DNA of 64,000 bases from Ginglymostoma cirratum (taxonomy: Eukaryota), in contig JAHRHZ010000217.1 in the NCBI GenBank assembly GCA_024137785.1, forward strand, positions 12,851,094 through 12,915,093, written 5' to 3'. How positions within the stretch are numbered: the first letter of the stretch is position 1; every line of letters starts with the position of its first letter. The notes beneath the pieces are model-generated. The model saw nothing but the letters and a program-made list of their open reading frames with translations, was not told the DNA's origin and made no database searches. This document shows, piece by piece, positions 12,701 through 27,700 of the stretch. The position numbers were made by a program, and so were the translations under genes.

Positions 12701-15700
12701 TACAATAATCTTTAATCCTAATCATACTGTCCCTAAACCTACTTAGCCCCTTAAGATTACTATACTTCCCGAGTGTCACGTAGAATGATGCAGTTGCTCT
12801 GGCTCTGGGTCTGCGAAGCTGCTTTCTTCCCCTCCCCCTCTTTGGATGGTCAGCTGGTTGCTGCCTCTTGCCATGCTGGTCTCCTCAGAAGGCCTCAGAC
12901 GATTCCAAGAGCAGTTCCAAAACTTGGAAAAGAGGGATCTGCAGTGAACTCTGTTTTCATACCTTTTGAATTTCTGGAACTTCCTTTAGTCCTGGACAAT
13001 CGGGGAGATAGTTTGAAACATGAGTTAATTGTTTAGATGACATGCCATTATCAGTTTCTTTGTATAGCAGGACCCGGTGCCTTTCTGTTTGGGGCTGTGT
13101 TTTGTTTAGCGGATAAGTTGTTGTGGGTGCCTGTGCAGAGATGACTGTTGCCTTTACATTATGCTGGTTGGCGTTCACACTGTCTGGTGCGTGGGTTTTG
13201 TGAAGCATCCCTTGCTGTTCAGCCAAGTTGGCAATCTGTGTTTTAGCAGCCAGGAGGTTACAATAACTATTTGCTGTTCTTGAGGTGGTCTCCTCTTCCC
13301 CTCTACACCGGGGAGATAAAATACAGGCTGCATGACCACTCTGCAGAATACCTACATTCTGTTTGTAAAAGTGACCAAGTTTCCAATTTCTTGTCACTTC
13401 AACATGCCACTGTTTTCCATGCCAACATTTGCCTTGGTCTCGCTGCATTATTCTGCTTTCTCTCCACGGATGCTGCAAGACCTGAGTTTCTCCAGCAATT
13501 TCTGTTTCAGGTCTCCAGCGTCTGCTGTTCTTTGTTTCATTGTAACAACACCTTCAATTTCCCTTCCAAGCCACGGGCCATCCTGACTTGGTACTTGTAT
13601 CACTGTTCCTTCAATTTAATTCAGTCAGAATCCTGCCACACTCTACCTAACAGCACTACTGGTGTCACTTCATCCCGTAGAGTGCAGCACTAGAAGACAC
13701 CTCATCTCCACCCCCTTGAGTCAAGATGGGCAATAATTTACTTAAATGACCTGGATGTGACTGTATAAGGTATGATTAGTAAGTTTGTGGTTGATACAAA
13801 ACTAGGAAGTATTGTTGATGGTGAGGAATGTTATCAAAAATTAGAGGGATCTTGATCAGGTCGGGAAGTGGGCTAAGGATTGGCAAATGTAATTCAATAC
13901 AGGATAAGTGTGATGTGTTGCACTTTGGAAAGTCAAACCAAGGTAGGACTTACACAGTAGATGATAAAGTCCTGATGAGTTTACGGAACAGCAGGACCAG
14001 GAGTACAAGTACATAGTTTGTTGAAAGTGGCGTCACAGGTAGACAGGGTGGTGAAGAAGGCAATTAGCATGCTGGCCTTCATCGGTCGAGACACTGAGTA
14101 TAGGAATTGGGATGTTATGTTACAGTTGTATAAGTTGTTGGTGAGTCTGCACTTGGAGTATTGTGTACTGCTTTGGTCACACAGTTGTTAAACTAGAAAG
14201 CACGCAAAGAGGATTTACAAGGATGTTGCCAGGACTAGTCGGCCTGAAGTATAGGGAGAGGTTGGCCAGGATAGGACTTCATTTATTGGAATGTAGGGGA
14301 ATGAAGGTTGATCCTGTCGAGGTGTATAAAATCATGAGGGGCATAGATAGGATGAATGCATATAGTCTTTCCCAGGAATGGGGAATTTGAAAACTAGAGG
14401 GCATATGTAGAGGGGGAAGATTTAAGGAGGACCTGAGGGGTAACTTCTGCGCACAATGGTGCGTATATGAAATGAGCTGCCAGAGAAAGAGATTGAGGCA
14501 GGTACAGTAGTAATATCTTAAAAAAAAATTTGGATAGTTACATGGATGGGATGGGTTTAGAGGGGTATGGACCAAATGTGGGCAATTGGAACTAGCGGAG
14601 TGGATACTGTGGTCAGCATGAACCAGTTTGGGCTAAAGGGCCTGTTTCCAGGCTGTATTACTGTGACTCTAAATTCTACCACATCTCGAGGCAAAATTTT
14701 AAAAACAGGTGTTTGAGTGTAGGGTGAAAGTCGACCAGGAGCTCCCCTGTGATGGGTTCGACCGTCCTATGATCGAGTAGCTTGATGTTATCCAGACTTT
14801 CACGTTGAAAATTGATTATTTTGGAAAATTGTCAATTGTGATTGTTGGCTGTAGGATGCAACCAAGGAATGAATACCTTCAAGATAAGGTGGAGAGGGAG
14901 AGGAGATTTGAATGGACCAAATGGTCTTTTAATCAAAAATCTTGTTTCTTGCTCCAGGCTTAATTCTGTCAGAAACCTGATGTCCAGCCTTTCGTATCGG
15001 GTTGAGATGGAACGGCTAATTAATTCTGTAAGTAACAAACCACATCAGAATTAATTGTTTCAAATGCATATGAGTAAGAAAAATGGGCAACATTTACTAC
15101 ATGGATCCTTAGACTAGCTGAGGATGCAGATTTGAGATCTATTGTCTTAGTAGACTACCTAACCAGTGCTCAACACGCGACTAGAATGTTGAACCACAAG
15201 CAAAGTACTAGTCAAGAGGAGGTTGACATTAAACTGGTTAGACCCCATCACCAGTCGTGCTCTGATTGCTGAGATACAAAGGAAATAATCAAACTCTGGA
15301 TGTAGTGCAGAGAAGGGCCATAAGGCTTATCCCAGAGTTGGGGCTCTGGATAACGAGGAAAGACTGGAGAGACGCAAGCATTTCAGCCCGGGAAGGAAAT
15401 ATCCGAGAGCCTAACCTTAATTTTTGGCGGGAGGAACGTATGTTTCTTTAACTTTTGTTTGATAACCAGCATCTGTTCATAGAAACTTTTTTATTTCCCC
15501 TTCCTCTTTAAGTTTTTGCTACAATTTGATTAGAGCATCTCTTTTAAAAATCTAAAATGTTTGTGGCTTGCTTCAAAAGGAGTTGGGATCAACAAACCGT
15601 GTAACGGACAATGCGCCTCATGGTAATCTGGTGCCAGGACGCAATCCGGGGTCCTACCGACTTCGTTCACTGGATACTTTTCGAGGGTAACTTTTTGATT

Positions 15701-18700
15701 TTGGTTTCCTTCAAAGCTCTTGCTGTTATTGAACGCCAGTGTATGCCTGCCAACTCCTCTAGCTGTTAGGTTTGAGCAATTCTTTTATTGAAACAAAGAC
15801 ATTAAAGACAACTCATTTTCTCTGCCTAATTGATTTTGTAACAGGGTGTCCCCACCAGAGGCTCATTAATCTTGATGTGCAGCATCTGGGTTATTTCTGA
15901 ATGCACTGCTGTTGTGGCCTCTAGTCTTGAAATCCCCCATCCTAGGGCAATGACAACTACCATTCTATCTATCTAGAGAGAACACCGTGGAGCTGGAGGA
16001 ACACAGCAGGCCAGGCAGCATCAGGAGTAGGAAAGTTGACATTTTGGGTTGGGACCCCTCCTCAAGGAAAAAAAAAAATTAACTCTATCTATACCTCGTT
16101 ATTTTATAAACTTCTATCAGGTCACCTCTCAACCTCCTACGCTTCAATGAAAAAAGTTGCAGCTTAACCAGCCTTTCTTCATAACTCACTTTTCATACCT
16201 GGCAACATTCTGCTAAATCTCTTCTGAATCCTCCAGCTTGATCGTATCCTTCGTAGGATGAGGTGGCCAGGACTGGACATAGTATTCCAGAAGAGGCCTC
16301 ACCAACATCCTGTTCAGCTTCAACATGACTTCCCAACTCCCACACTCAGGACTGAGCAAAGAAGGCAAGTGTGCCAAAAGCCTTTTCAACTACGTAGTCA
16401 GTATGTGACGCAAAATTCAAAGAATTATGAGCCTACGTCCTGAGGTCGTCCTATTCTACAACACTACCCAAGGCCCTACCATGACTTGTATATGCCCTAC
16501 CCTTTCTTGTATCAAAATGCAATACCTCGCATTTATCCAGATTGAACTCCATCTGCCATTTTTCAGCCCATTGACCCATTTGATCAAGATCCCTTTGATC
16601 TCAGAAAACCTTCTTCACCGTGTACTGTGCCACCACTTCTGGTGTTGTCTGCAGACTTGCTAACCATGCCTACTATATTCTCATCCAAAACATTTATATC
16701 AGTGACAAACAAAAGAGGATCCAGGACCCAGAACCCATCCCTATTGAACACCTCTGGTCACAAACCTCTAGTCCGAAAAGCACCCCTCCACCATTCTGTC
16801 TCCTGCCATTAAACCAATTACGTATCCAGTTTGCAATCTCACCCTGTATCCCACGTGACGTAACTTTACTAATTAGCGGAATCTTGTCAAAGGCTTTACT
16901 AAAATCCAAATAAACACGTCTACTGCTCTGCCTTCAATCTTTTTGATAACTTCCTCAAAAAAAAAACTCAATCAAGTTTGTGAGACAGAATTTTCCTCAC
17001 ACAAAACCATGCTGATTATCCCTAATCAATTTTTGCCCCTCTAAATGTCCATATGTCTTATCTTTTTAATTATCACCTCCAACAATTTACCCACAACTGA
17101 AGGCAGACTCTCAGGTTTATAATTCCATAGTTTCTCCTTGCAACCTTCCTTAAACAAGGGTACAACATTAGCCACCCTCCAGTCATCAGGCACCTCACCT
17201 GTAGTTACAGAAGATGCAAATGTTTCTGCAAGGGGTCTCGTAATTTCCTCCCTTCCCACAACATCTGGGATACACTAGAGCGCGTCCTGGAGATTTGTCC
17301 TCCTTTATAGTCTCTGAGAACTCCCGAACTTCCTCTTCTGTAACGTGAACTGTTTCTAAAACATTAGTTTATTTTTCTGCATTCTCTGGGCTGTATTCCT
17401 TGCTCCACAGTTTAAAAACTGATGCGAAATATTCACTTAGTATCTCTCCCACCTCCTGGTGTTCAACACAATGACAACATCATTGATCTTCAAGAGGCCC
17501 ATGCTCTCTTCAGTTACCGTCTTGCTCTTAATGTATCTGTAGAATCTCTTTGGATAATCCTTAACTTTACCTATCAATGCTATCTCATATCCCCTCTTTG
17601 CCTTCCTGATTTCTCTGTCAAGAATGCACCTGCACTCTCTATATTGATTAAGGTATTCAATTGAACCAAGTTGTCTTTATCTAAAATAAGATTCTCTTAT
17701 TCTTGACTAGAACCTTAATATCTTTATTCATCCTTAATCTTTACCAGCCTTACCCTTCTCCCTAACAGGAGCAAAATACCTCTGCTCTCGTCATCACACT
17801 CTTAAAGACCACCCACATGTTACATGTCTTTTTACTGGCAAACTGTCAACTCCAATCAACTTTTAAAATTTACCTTACTCCAATTTTAAAATCTTTCACT
17901 TTTATGGAAGGCTTATCCATTTCCATAACCATTTTGAAACTAATAGAATTGTGATCGCTAGACCCCAAAGTGTTTCCCCACTTTTACTTTAGTCACTTGC
18001 CCTGCCTGATGGCCCAAAAGAAGGTCTAAGTTTGGTCCTCCTCTAGTAGGAGCATCCACATATTGATAAAGAAAATTTTCTTGAACACATTTGATAAATT
18101 CTTCACTATCCAAACCTTTAACATTATGGTATCCCCAGTCAATGTTTGGAAAATGAAAATTCCCCCATTATTATAACCTTATTATGCTTAATTATGTCTG
18201 AGATATCCCTACACATTTGTTTCTCAATTTCCCTCTTACTATTTGGGGGGCCTATAGTAGAATACCATCAAAGTGATCTATCCTTTATTATTTGTAATTT
18301 CTACCCATATATTTTTCACTGGATGATTTTTCAGAAATTTCTTCACTAGTAACAGAAATAATTTATTCCTTAAACAAAAACACCATGACCCTCTCCTTTC
18401 TTGTCTCCTTTTCTATCCTTCCTGTAGTATCTGAAACTTGGAACATTGAATGGCAATCTTGTCCATCTTTCAACTAAGTTTCTGTAATAGCTATGATGTC
18501 CCACATATTCTTAAACATCCTTAAGCAGGGGGAGGCAATGGCCTAGTGGTATTAGGACTGTTAATCCAGAGACCCAGATAACATTCTGGAGACCCCGGTT
18601 CAAATCCCGCCATGGCAGATGGTGGAATTTGAATTCAATAAAAATATCTGGAATTAAGAGTCTAATGACTGTGAATCCATTATCGATTGTCAGAAAAACC

Positions 18701-21700
18701 CATCTGGTTCATTAATGTCCTTTTAGGGAAGGAAACTGCCATCCTTACCCGGTCTGGCTTACATGTGAGTCCAGACCCACAGCAACATAGTTGACTCTTA
18801 ACTATTAGGGATGAGCAATAAATGCTGCCTCACCCTCATCCTGTGAATGAATTAAAAAAAAAAACCCTGAGTTCATCGACCTTACCTGCAAGACCCCTTG
18901 CATTGAAATAAATGCAGTTTAGTTCTTTAGGATTGCTACATACTCTGACTCTCTTGTCTGTCTTTTTTAATTCACTTGTTCTCCTCGTATTCACACCTTC
19001 CCCATCACTCCTTCTGTTTACACTGCTATTTGGAGCAGGGGAGTGGAGAAATTCTATCAGTATAAAGTTGTAGTACCAGCAGCTCACGTGGAGAATTGCT
19101 GACAAAATTGACATCTTCCCTACTGGTTTGATGCCTAGCATATGGAATCACGTTACTACTGTTCAACAATGAGCAATCAAGACTACTGCAGACTCTGCAA
19201 TAGAAATAGGCCAATCAGCCATTCAGTTGGATTGCAGCTGATCTGTATCTCCATTGTATAGCCTTAGTAACCTTAAGACCTAATATAAACATCTGATATT
19301 ATCAAATGAGCTAGTCTCTCTAACCTTTTGAGTGAAAGATCCTGATTTCCACTGCCCTGTTGGGTGAAGGACAGTCATCACTCTTGAACAATCCAGCACT
19401 AATTTTAAGATTACATACTCATGTTCTGGGCTCCACCCAGACGCTGAATTGCTACTTTGCTGCGAAGCAGTCTAATTTTGGTCCAACGCTGTAATATCCC
19501 AGGTGTCTCACAATGGGAACAGTGTTCTTTTGAGGGGGAAAAATAACTTGCATGTGACCTGGGAAAGGTCTTTAAAAATTCTTATGTGGACTGGACAGGA
19601 TAAATGTGAAGAAAATTTTGCCAGTTCTGGGAGAATCTAAAACTGGTGGTCATAAATACAAGCGACTTATCAATAAATCCAATTAGGGAGATAAAAATCT
19701 TCACTTAGTGTGGTTAGGATGTGCAACTTTCTTCTGTAGGAAGTGATTAATGTGAATAACTTCAGTGCTTTTGAAAAGAAACCAGAAAAGTTTCTCTAAA
19801 TTAGAGGGAATAGAAAGCTTTGCTGAAATCTGAAGTGAGGCAGATAGGATAACAGGATACTGCTGTGGATGGAAAACAGCAAATGTTAGTTGGTTCAAAT
19901 AGCCTGTTTTCGTGCTGTACGTCTGTGTAGCTCTCCATAGTCTGGATTACAAGTGAGTCTGCTTGAAGGGAGATGTAATAGTTGGAATTTAACTGGATTT
20001 CTGTGTAATCTTTTAGGCTGGCTTTGGTGATCATGATCTTTGTTAACTATGGAGGTGGGAGATACTGGTTCTTCAAACATGAAAGCTGGAATGGTAGGTC
20101 AGATTTTTTTTTTGTGTATCTGTGTTTACAGTTACCAAATACTAATCTGGTCCCTGTTGCTGTTACCATTTGTTATACTGTGAATGAAGTGCCCTTTGCA
20201 GTAAGGGTTCAGAGGGCCTCCTTCTTAAATGTTCTTGTTTGTTCAATTCATTGTGTAAGTGCTGATTTACTCCTGTCCATTCACTAATTTTAAATACTTT
20301 CATTTGGACACAGCACAGGAAAATGTACAATAAAAACAAAATACTGGTGGGTGTTGGAAATCTGAAATAAAAATAATGCTAGAGAAACTTGGCAGGTCTG
20401 CCAACGTCTGTAAAGAGAGAAACCACGAACATCTCCAGTTCTGGTATGACTCTCCAAAACAGGAAAATGTATATGTGTTTTAGTTTAATTTTTAAAAAGC
20501 TTTCCTCTCATGCAATTTGTGCAAATTCTGTCTCGATCTATAATGCTTTTGTTTTCTGATTTCTAATTTTGTAGGATTAACAGTAGCAGATTTGGTGTTT
20601 CCATGGTAAGCATCTTTTGTGATTTTTGTTTTTAAAATGGATTGTGCTAGAGAATAGATTTCCAGTCTTGGACTGACAATTACCCTGTAATTGCCAATAA
20701 GCTGTTAACCATTATTTAGTTGGTACCACTCTGTCTTGGGGCCAGAATGTTGTGGGTTCAAGTCCCACATCAGAAACTTGAGTTCAGATTCTAGCCTGAC
20801 ACTCTTTAGTACAGTACTAAGGAAATGCATTAATGTCAAAGATGCCATCTTTCAAGAATAGCCATTAAACAAGCTACCAGATGGGTATAAAGTTTGCACA
20901 ATGTGAAGACCGTGGAGTTTTCCTCCATCTAGCCAACATTTATCTCTCAGCTAACATTGACCAAATAATCTATTTTTAACATGCTCGTATGAGTGCAAAT
21001 TGGCAACCACATTTCCTAAATTACAACTTTACTACATTGGGTGTAAAATGCTTGGAGCTATCCTGAAGTTGTGGAAAATGCTGTATAAATGTTTGATGCA
21101 GCACATGTGACTAATAGAACATGAAGTGAAAGTCTACGAAATACCCTTTATATTGCATATAGTTTCCTGTGAATTTAGCAATTTTTATCATAGCAGTTTC
21201 AATTCTTCAGAAATACAAAAGCATTTTTAATTAAACAGCGCAGGAGTTTTTTTTAAATTATTCAATTTAAATAGATGACATGAATTAAGCAACTTGAAAT
21301 TTAACAGGAAAATTGAAATGCATATTTTCAGAACATTCTTTACTTTAAGCAGTTTAGACTTTTATTTAAATTAAGGCAGTAGAAAAATACCTCCATTGCA
21401 GTTCTATTAAAAATGCATCACAATTATTATGGGGCAAAAGGAGGAATGGGCTGGGGCTAATTTGCCTGAGGCTGAGGCGTGACCCTAAAAAAAAAAAAAA
21501 GAAAAAAAAAATTGTAAATTCATGGGGGCCATGGATTGGGTGAATAGTCAAAACCTTTTCCCCAGGGTAGAGGAGTCCAAAACTAGAGGGCATAGGTTTA
21601 AGGTGAGAGGGCAGAGATTTACAAGGGAGCAACCTTTTCAGAGGGTGGTGCGTATATGGAATGGGCTGCCAGAGAAAGTGGTGGAGGTTTGGTACAGTTA

Positions 21701-24700
21701 AACATTTAAAAGGCATCTGGATGAGTGTATGAATAGGAAAGGTTTAGAGGGGTATGGGCCAAATGCTGACAAATGGGACTAAATCTATCTAGGATATCTG
21801 GTCAGGATGGGTAAGTTGGACCAACTGGTCTGTTTCTGTGCTGTATAACTCTGATTCCGACTATTTATACCTGCACAGTGTTTCTGAAAACTGTAAACTG
21901 TGGCTAAATTTAAAAGCAAGTTGACATGCTGGTTGTTGTTTTGAATGTGTCTAACCAAGGTTGTACTGGATGTTTCTGCTCTAGGTTTGTGTTTATCATG
22001 GGAACATCGATTGCCCTCTCCCTGAACTCAGCATTGCAGGCTAACCACTCCAGGTGGAGACTGTTGGGTAAAGTTGCTTGGAGAACTGCAGCCCTAATAC
22101 TACTAGGGATCTTTATCATCAACCCAAACTATTGCAAGGGACCAAGTAAGTGCTTATTTGGGCACATGCTTGAATGTTTGACAATTTGCTTTCTTCAAGT
22201 AGTGATAATTGTTCGCAAGATAACCGTCTCTTAACTCCATTTTACTATGTCTCCAGTGAAAACCTGTCTTGCATACATGAAGTGGGATAGTATGTGCACC
22301 TTTTTTAAAGACATTTATATTTCTGTCCAGGATTGAGAAACAAAGGTCATTTTACAGATGTGTATATATATTCCTGCGACATGGATGAGGCAAGCATAAT
22401 CAATTTATTGGCCACAGGGCATTAAAAGTCAACCACATAGTGGGACAGGTGTCACATGCTTTATAGACAAGACCGGGAAAAGAGATGTCAGTTTCCTTAC
22501 TGGATGGACATTAATGAATCTAATATATTTTATTACAGCTAAATTAGCATTGTGATTTTCTGGCGTGACAAGTGACTGTATTTGTTGAATTTAACATGGC
22601 AGATTTGAATTCCCAATCTGTTGGGATATTAGTCCAGCACTAGGTTTCTTGCATCCTTTTGAAAGATACATGGCTGGAAGTAGATAGCTAGTGAAGCAAC
22701 AAATGCGTACATAATGAATTTGCTCCTGATGCTTAGAAAATAAAAGAATTTATTCTGATGGATTTAGTTTTCTGAATCTGCTAAATACGAGGAAGTACTA
22801 AAATGATCTCGATACAAAGTGGCTGTGAAAGAATTATTCTGAATTCCATTTTGCATCTCTTGATACATAATACTGTAGGTTGGAATACTTCAAAGTCAAG
22901 TTTTTTTTTTAATGTGCTGATGATGGTTTCTGCCTCTGCCACCCTTTCAGGCCATGAATTTCAGATACCATCACCCATCTCTGGATGCAAATTCTTTCCT
23001 CCAATTCTGCTCCAATTATTTAAAACCGATTCACCCTGGTTAAAGACATCTCTCTAAGGGAAATGAGTCCATCTAATTTAATGCCCTTCGATTGCATCTC
23101 TCACTGCATGTAAAGCTACCTCTGCGAAAGAAACCAAAAACAGGTTATGCAATTTTTCATTATATCTAAAGTTTTCCAGTCCTGATAACATTCTCCTGAT
23201 TCTCTTCTGTATCCTTGTGTTCATGTCTTTTCTGTAATGCAGTGACTAGAGCAGGATGCACTATTGTAGCTATGGCATAACTAGTGTCTTACACTGTTCT
23301 AATCTAACACACGCTCCTTACTGTTAGCTTGATCAAGCTGAAGATATAAGTATCCCTATTAACGTTAACTGGTTGTCCTGCCACTGCTGAAATCTGTGGA
23401 TGTGCACTCAAAGATTCCCGTGTACGTCTACACTTGAGTCCTCTAACTTATTGTGCATTCAGTCCCTTTTGTTTGCTTTTCTCAAATGAATTGCCTTCCA
23501 TTTCTCTAATTTGAATTCCATTTGCCACTTTTCTGTACACCTGTCTAGTTAATTCATATCTTCCTGCAATCCATAGCCACTTTTGTCAACCAGCTGCGTG
23601 GTCAATTTTCATATCTACAAACTTCATAATTGTGTTTTTTAATATTGCAAGTATGCAGGTGGGATACCAGGGAGCTGTTTTGAATGAGAGAATTTTTCCT
23701 AAAGTTTTGTGCAAAATATCAAATGTAATTATGAGCTCTCAATATGCACATCTCACTTGAACATGTGCTAGCGAATCTATCATAAAGACTCCAAACTTGT
23801 TGACAAGCTGTTAATTAAATGCTTTGAAGATGTCTTAATCTTCATCGTGGAGAAAAATGAGAGGGGCTTTTGAGGTGTCTAACGTACTAAGTTTGGCAAT
23901 GGCCTAGTGGTATTATTGCTGGACTGTTTATCCAGAGACCCAGAAAGTTCTGAAGACCTGGGTTTGAATCCTGCCATGGCAGATGGTGGAACTTGAATTC
24001 AGTAAAATATCCGGAATAAAAAATCTAATGAACACCATGAACCCATTGTCGATTTGTCGGAAAAACCCACCTGGTTCACTCATGTCCTTTAGCGAAGGAA
24101 ATCTCTCATCCTTACCTGGCCTGGCCTACGTGTAACTCCAGACCCACAACAATGGAACTCTCAACTGCCCTCTGAGCAATTAGGGATGGGCAGTAAATGC
24201 TGCCTGGGTCAGTGATGTCCTCATCCCATAAATGAATAAGGGAAAAAAAGATTAAGACTAAGTGGAATGGAATAAGTGAGCCCCAAGACACTTCACCTTT
24301 GAAGGTGAGCTAAGGATGAGGAGAGCTGGGCAAACTAAGAAAAGGCAGATTTGATAAGCCCCTGAGCCCATGGGTCTCATTCCAATGTTATGCCTGCTAC
24401 CGGACATGTTTACAAAGTTGGCATGAGCTCTGTTTCTCGGACTCTACGGCAGGCTAATATGGACTCCTAAAAGGAACCAGTTAGAGAAACCCTGCAGGCA
24501 GGTGACATTTTTAAGATTTCACATGAAGCCAGATGAAACAGGTTTGTTCTTAATTCTGTAATAAAATTACAGGCACTGACAGCCAGCATTTACCTGATCT
24601 TGTATTTGGGACGTTGAAGCCAATTGATGGAATTATTTCTGGAATATACAGACTTGATGAGCTGATGAGCCATTTTTGATTCTGTGCTTTCATTACATAG

Positions 24701-27700
24701 TTTTCTGGGATACCCTGCGGATCCCTGGTGTACTTCAGAGGCTGGGTCTTACCTATGGTGTGGTTGCTGTCATGGAACTGCTGTGTGGAAAATGTTGGCC
24801 TGAAATTCTCTTTCTGGTAAATAAACTTTGAATTTCTCTGCACCCTCTATTCACACGTGAGTAATTTGAATATTTTTGCTGTTATTATTTGGACTGAGTA
24901 TTGGAGGAATTGGGACTACCTATTGACCAGTCAGCAAAGCGGTTTGGCTTTCAGAAATTAAGATCACCTTCTGATACTTTTGTTGGCCAATTGTGATATT
25001 AGTAATGCTGTGTCTTAAAATGGAGCACAGATTGAGCTGTGTGGACATACTGGACTCACTCTTCAGTTGCACGTTGTCTTTCTGCTCATTTTGCAGAGGA
25101 GCGCGCTACCGGAGCAGTAGTGTAGTGGTTGCTGGATTCATAATCAAGAGGCCTGAGTTTCATTCCAAAGAATGTAAATTCAAATCCCACTGAGCATTTG
25201 AAATCTGTTTTACTAAGAAAAACCCAAGAGTTGATGTCAGTAAAAGTGACCATGACTTCATAATGTTGTCATTAAAAATTTGACTGGTTCACTAGTGGCC
25301 ACGTTTCAGGGTGATAACCTGCTATCTTTAGCCAGTCTGGAACAGGTCCAATCCCAGCTTCTTGCCATTTGACTCTTAACTGGCCTCTGGCATAAAGTTT
25401 TTTTTTCAACCAGTGGTTCAAGATAATGGTCCACCACCTTCTCTGGGTTACGAAGGATAGAGAATAAATGCATGCCTTGCTAGTGATGCACACATCTCTA
25501 GAATTCATTTCCTAAAAAAGTTGACTTATAAATTTTACAGTGCCTCGTTTTCCATCAGATCTGTGTGAATGTGGCATAATAAATAGCTTTGGGATAATAA
25601 CCTATGCAAGTTCTCAATTAACGGTTAGTTTGGCTCCTTCATGGTGTAAACTTGAAAGATCCTTGGTAACTTAAATGGGTTATAATTCTTGTCGCTTGTT
25701 TATTTTTAAAACTTCTGCTATTGAGATATGATTTCCAACTGCAAATATCTGTGCAGAAAAAAGAAATGGGAAAGATAAGTAATTTGGAATAGTTTACAGG
25801 CCTCCATCAGTAGTCTAAATGTGTACAGTATACAGGATGTAATAAATGAGACCAGGTAAGAAAGGGTACTGCAGTAACCATGAATGACTTTGTTGTTATT
25901 GATTGGTAAAGGTTGCCTGGAAAATGAGCTAGTGTATTTGGGACAGTTTCTTAGAGTAGTATGTTCTAAAGGCCACCAGGAACAAGCTATTCGTGATAAC
26001 AAGGTGTGGGGCTGGATGAACACAGCAGGCCGAGCAGGAAAGCTCGACGTTTCGGGCCTATTTTATCTCTGATACAAGCTATTCTTGACCTGGCAATCTG
26101 CAATGAGACAGAATTAATTTATAACCTCGCAATAAAGGGTGACAGTGATTATAATATGTCAGAACTTCACTTTCAGTTTGAAGGTGAGAAGTGAGTCAAA
26201 AGCTAATATTCTAAACGGAAGTGCAATTTGAAAGCAGAATTGGTAAAGTGAACTGGGAACTGTATTACAAGGGAGAACAGTAGAGATGTTTAACTCAGCA
26301 AAAATTGATTTCGTTGAGAAAGGACCTTTTGAGAAGGATTAAGTAAAGAAGTCAAGGATAATACAAAATGAATGAAACATAACAATTCTGTGTAAATTAA
26401 TTTAGGTCCAAATTGGAAAGATTTTTCAGTGAAGAAAGACTTAGACTGACAAGTAGAAATAGAAAAACAGAATTTATACAAGTATTTAAAAAGGAATGGG
26501 GTAGTAATAATAGAAATAGTGGATGTGCCAAACACGTATTTTGTAGCTGTCTCTCCTAGAAGATTTGGAAGCCTTCCTAAATAAATAAATATATTTGAAA
26601 ATCTGCATGTGAAAGGGAGGGAGGAACTTGAAAATAAACATGACCATGGAAAAAGTACTGGGAAAACTGTTGGACCTGAAGGCTGACAAGTTGGATTATA
26701 TGTTGGAGAAACCCAGTAGGTCTGGCAGCATCTGTTGAGAGAAAGCAGAGTTAAAGTTTTGTGTCCAGTGACCGTTCTTCAGTTCTGAGTTTCTCCAGCA
26801 ATTTCTGTTTTTGCTTTAGATTGCCAGCATTTGTAGCTCTTTGTTTTATTTACTGTAGATGTGGTAGTTTGGCCATTTGCTTAGAGTTGAAAAGCTACAG
26901 AACCCTCTTCTAGATTGGTGACCGGCAGGAATACTGGCTGACTTAGGTGTTGTTGGGTGATGAATGTCTGAGTGGTTGCAGGCAAGCTACAGTGGATAAG
27001 GCGATGACATGACAGGTGGGCGTGGCATACCATGATGCAGCAGAACTCATGACCGGAATAGCTACAGGCAACAGTCAATCTGGCATACTTGGATTTCCAA
27101 AAGTTATTTGAGAAGATGCTACAGCAAAAGTTGCTACGTAAAATAGTGGATGGATGTATGTTGTGGGTCCAAATCTGAAATTTAGCAGGAAAAATGGAAA
27201 AGCCATATACTATTTAAATCGAGAGTGATTGCAGTATTAATAGTACGGAGGGATTTGGATGTCCTGGTTAATGAATCACCAAAGGTTTATATGAAGGTAC
27301 AGCAAGTGATTCAGAAACCAGATGGCATGTTGACATTTATTGCAAGAGAAATGGAATTAGGTAAATGTTACTGCAGCCTTGGTGAGACCATATCCCGAGT
27401 CAGTGTAGAGCTTGATATCATTACAGTATTTAAAAAAAAAAAAACTGCACTGGAAGCAGTTCACAGAAGATTCACTCAACTCATTTCTAGACTGAAGGAC
27501 TTATCCAATCAAGGAAGGTTGAGCCAATTAGGCTATTATCTAATTGATTTTAGAATAATGAAAAGTGGTCTCAATGAAACGTGTGATTTTGAGGGGCCTT
27601 GATGGAGTAGACGGAGTCTCTTGTGAGAGTGCCTAGAACTAGCAAATTCTGTTTAAAAATAATGGCTTTCCCTTTTAAGATGGAGATTAGGTTTCTTTTC

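Noticed and set aside
12957-13478. 173-aa minus-strand ORF as a novel gene
   Set aside because: Crosses the junction of two unrelated repeats and shows no recognisable motif or splice support.
18528-18610. tRNA gene
   Set aside because: A and B boxes are present but there is no cloverleaf or acceptor stem, and the sequence continues into a body repeated at several places; it is a SINE head.
15910-18960. Active autonomous LINE
   Set aside because: ORF2 has stops, frameshifts, internal deletions and two nested insertions.
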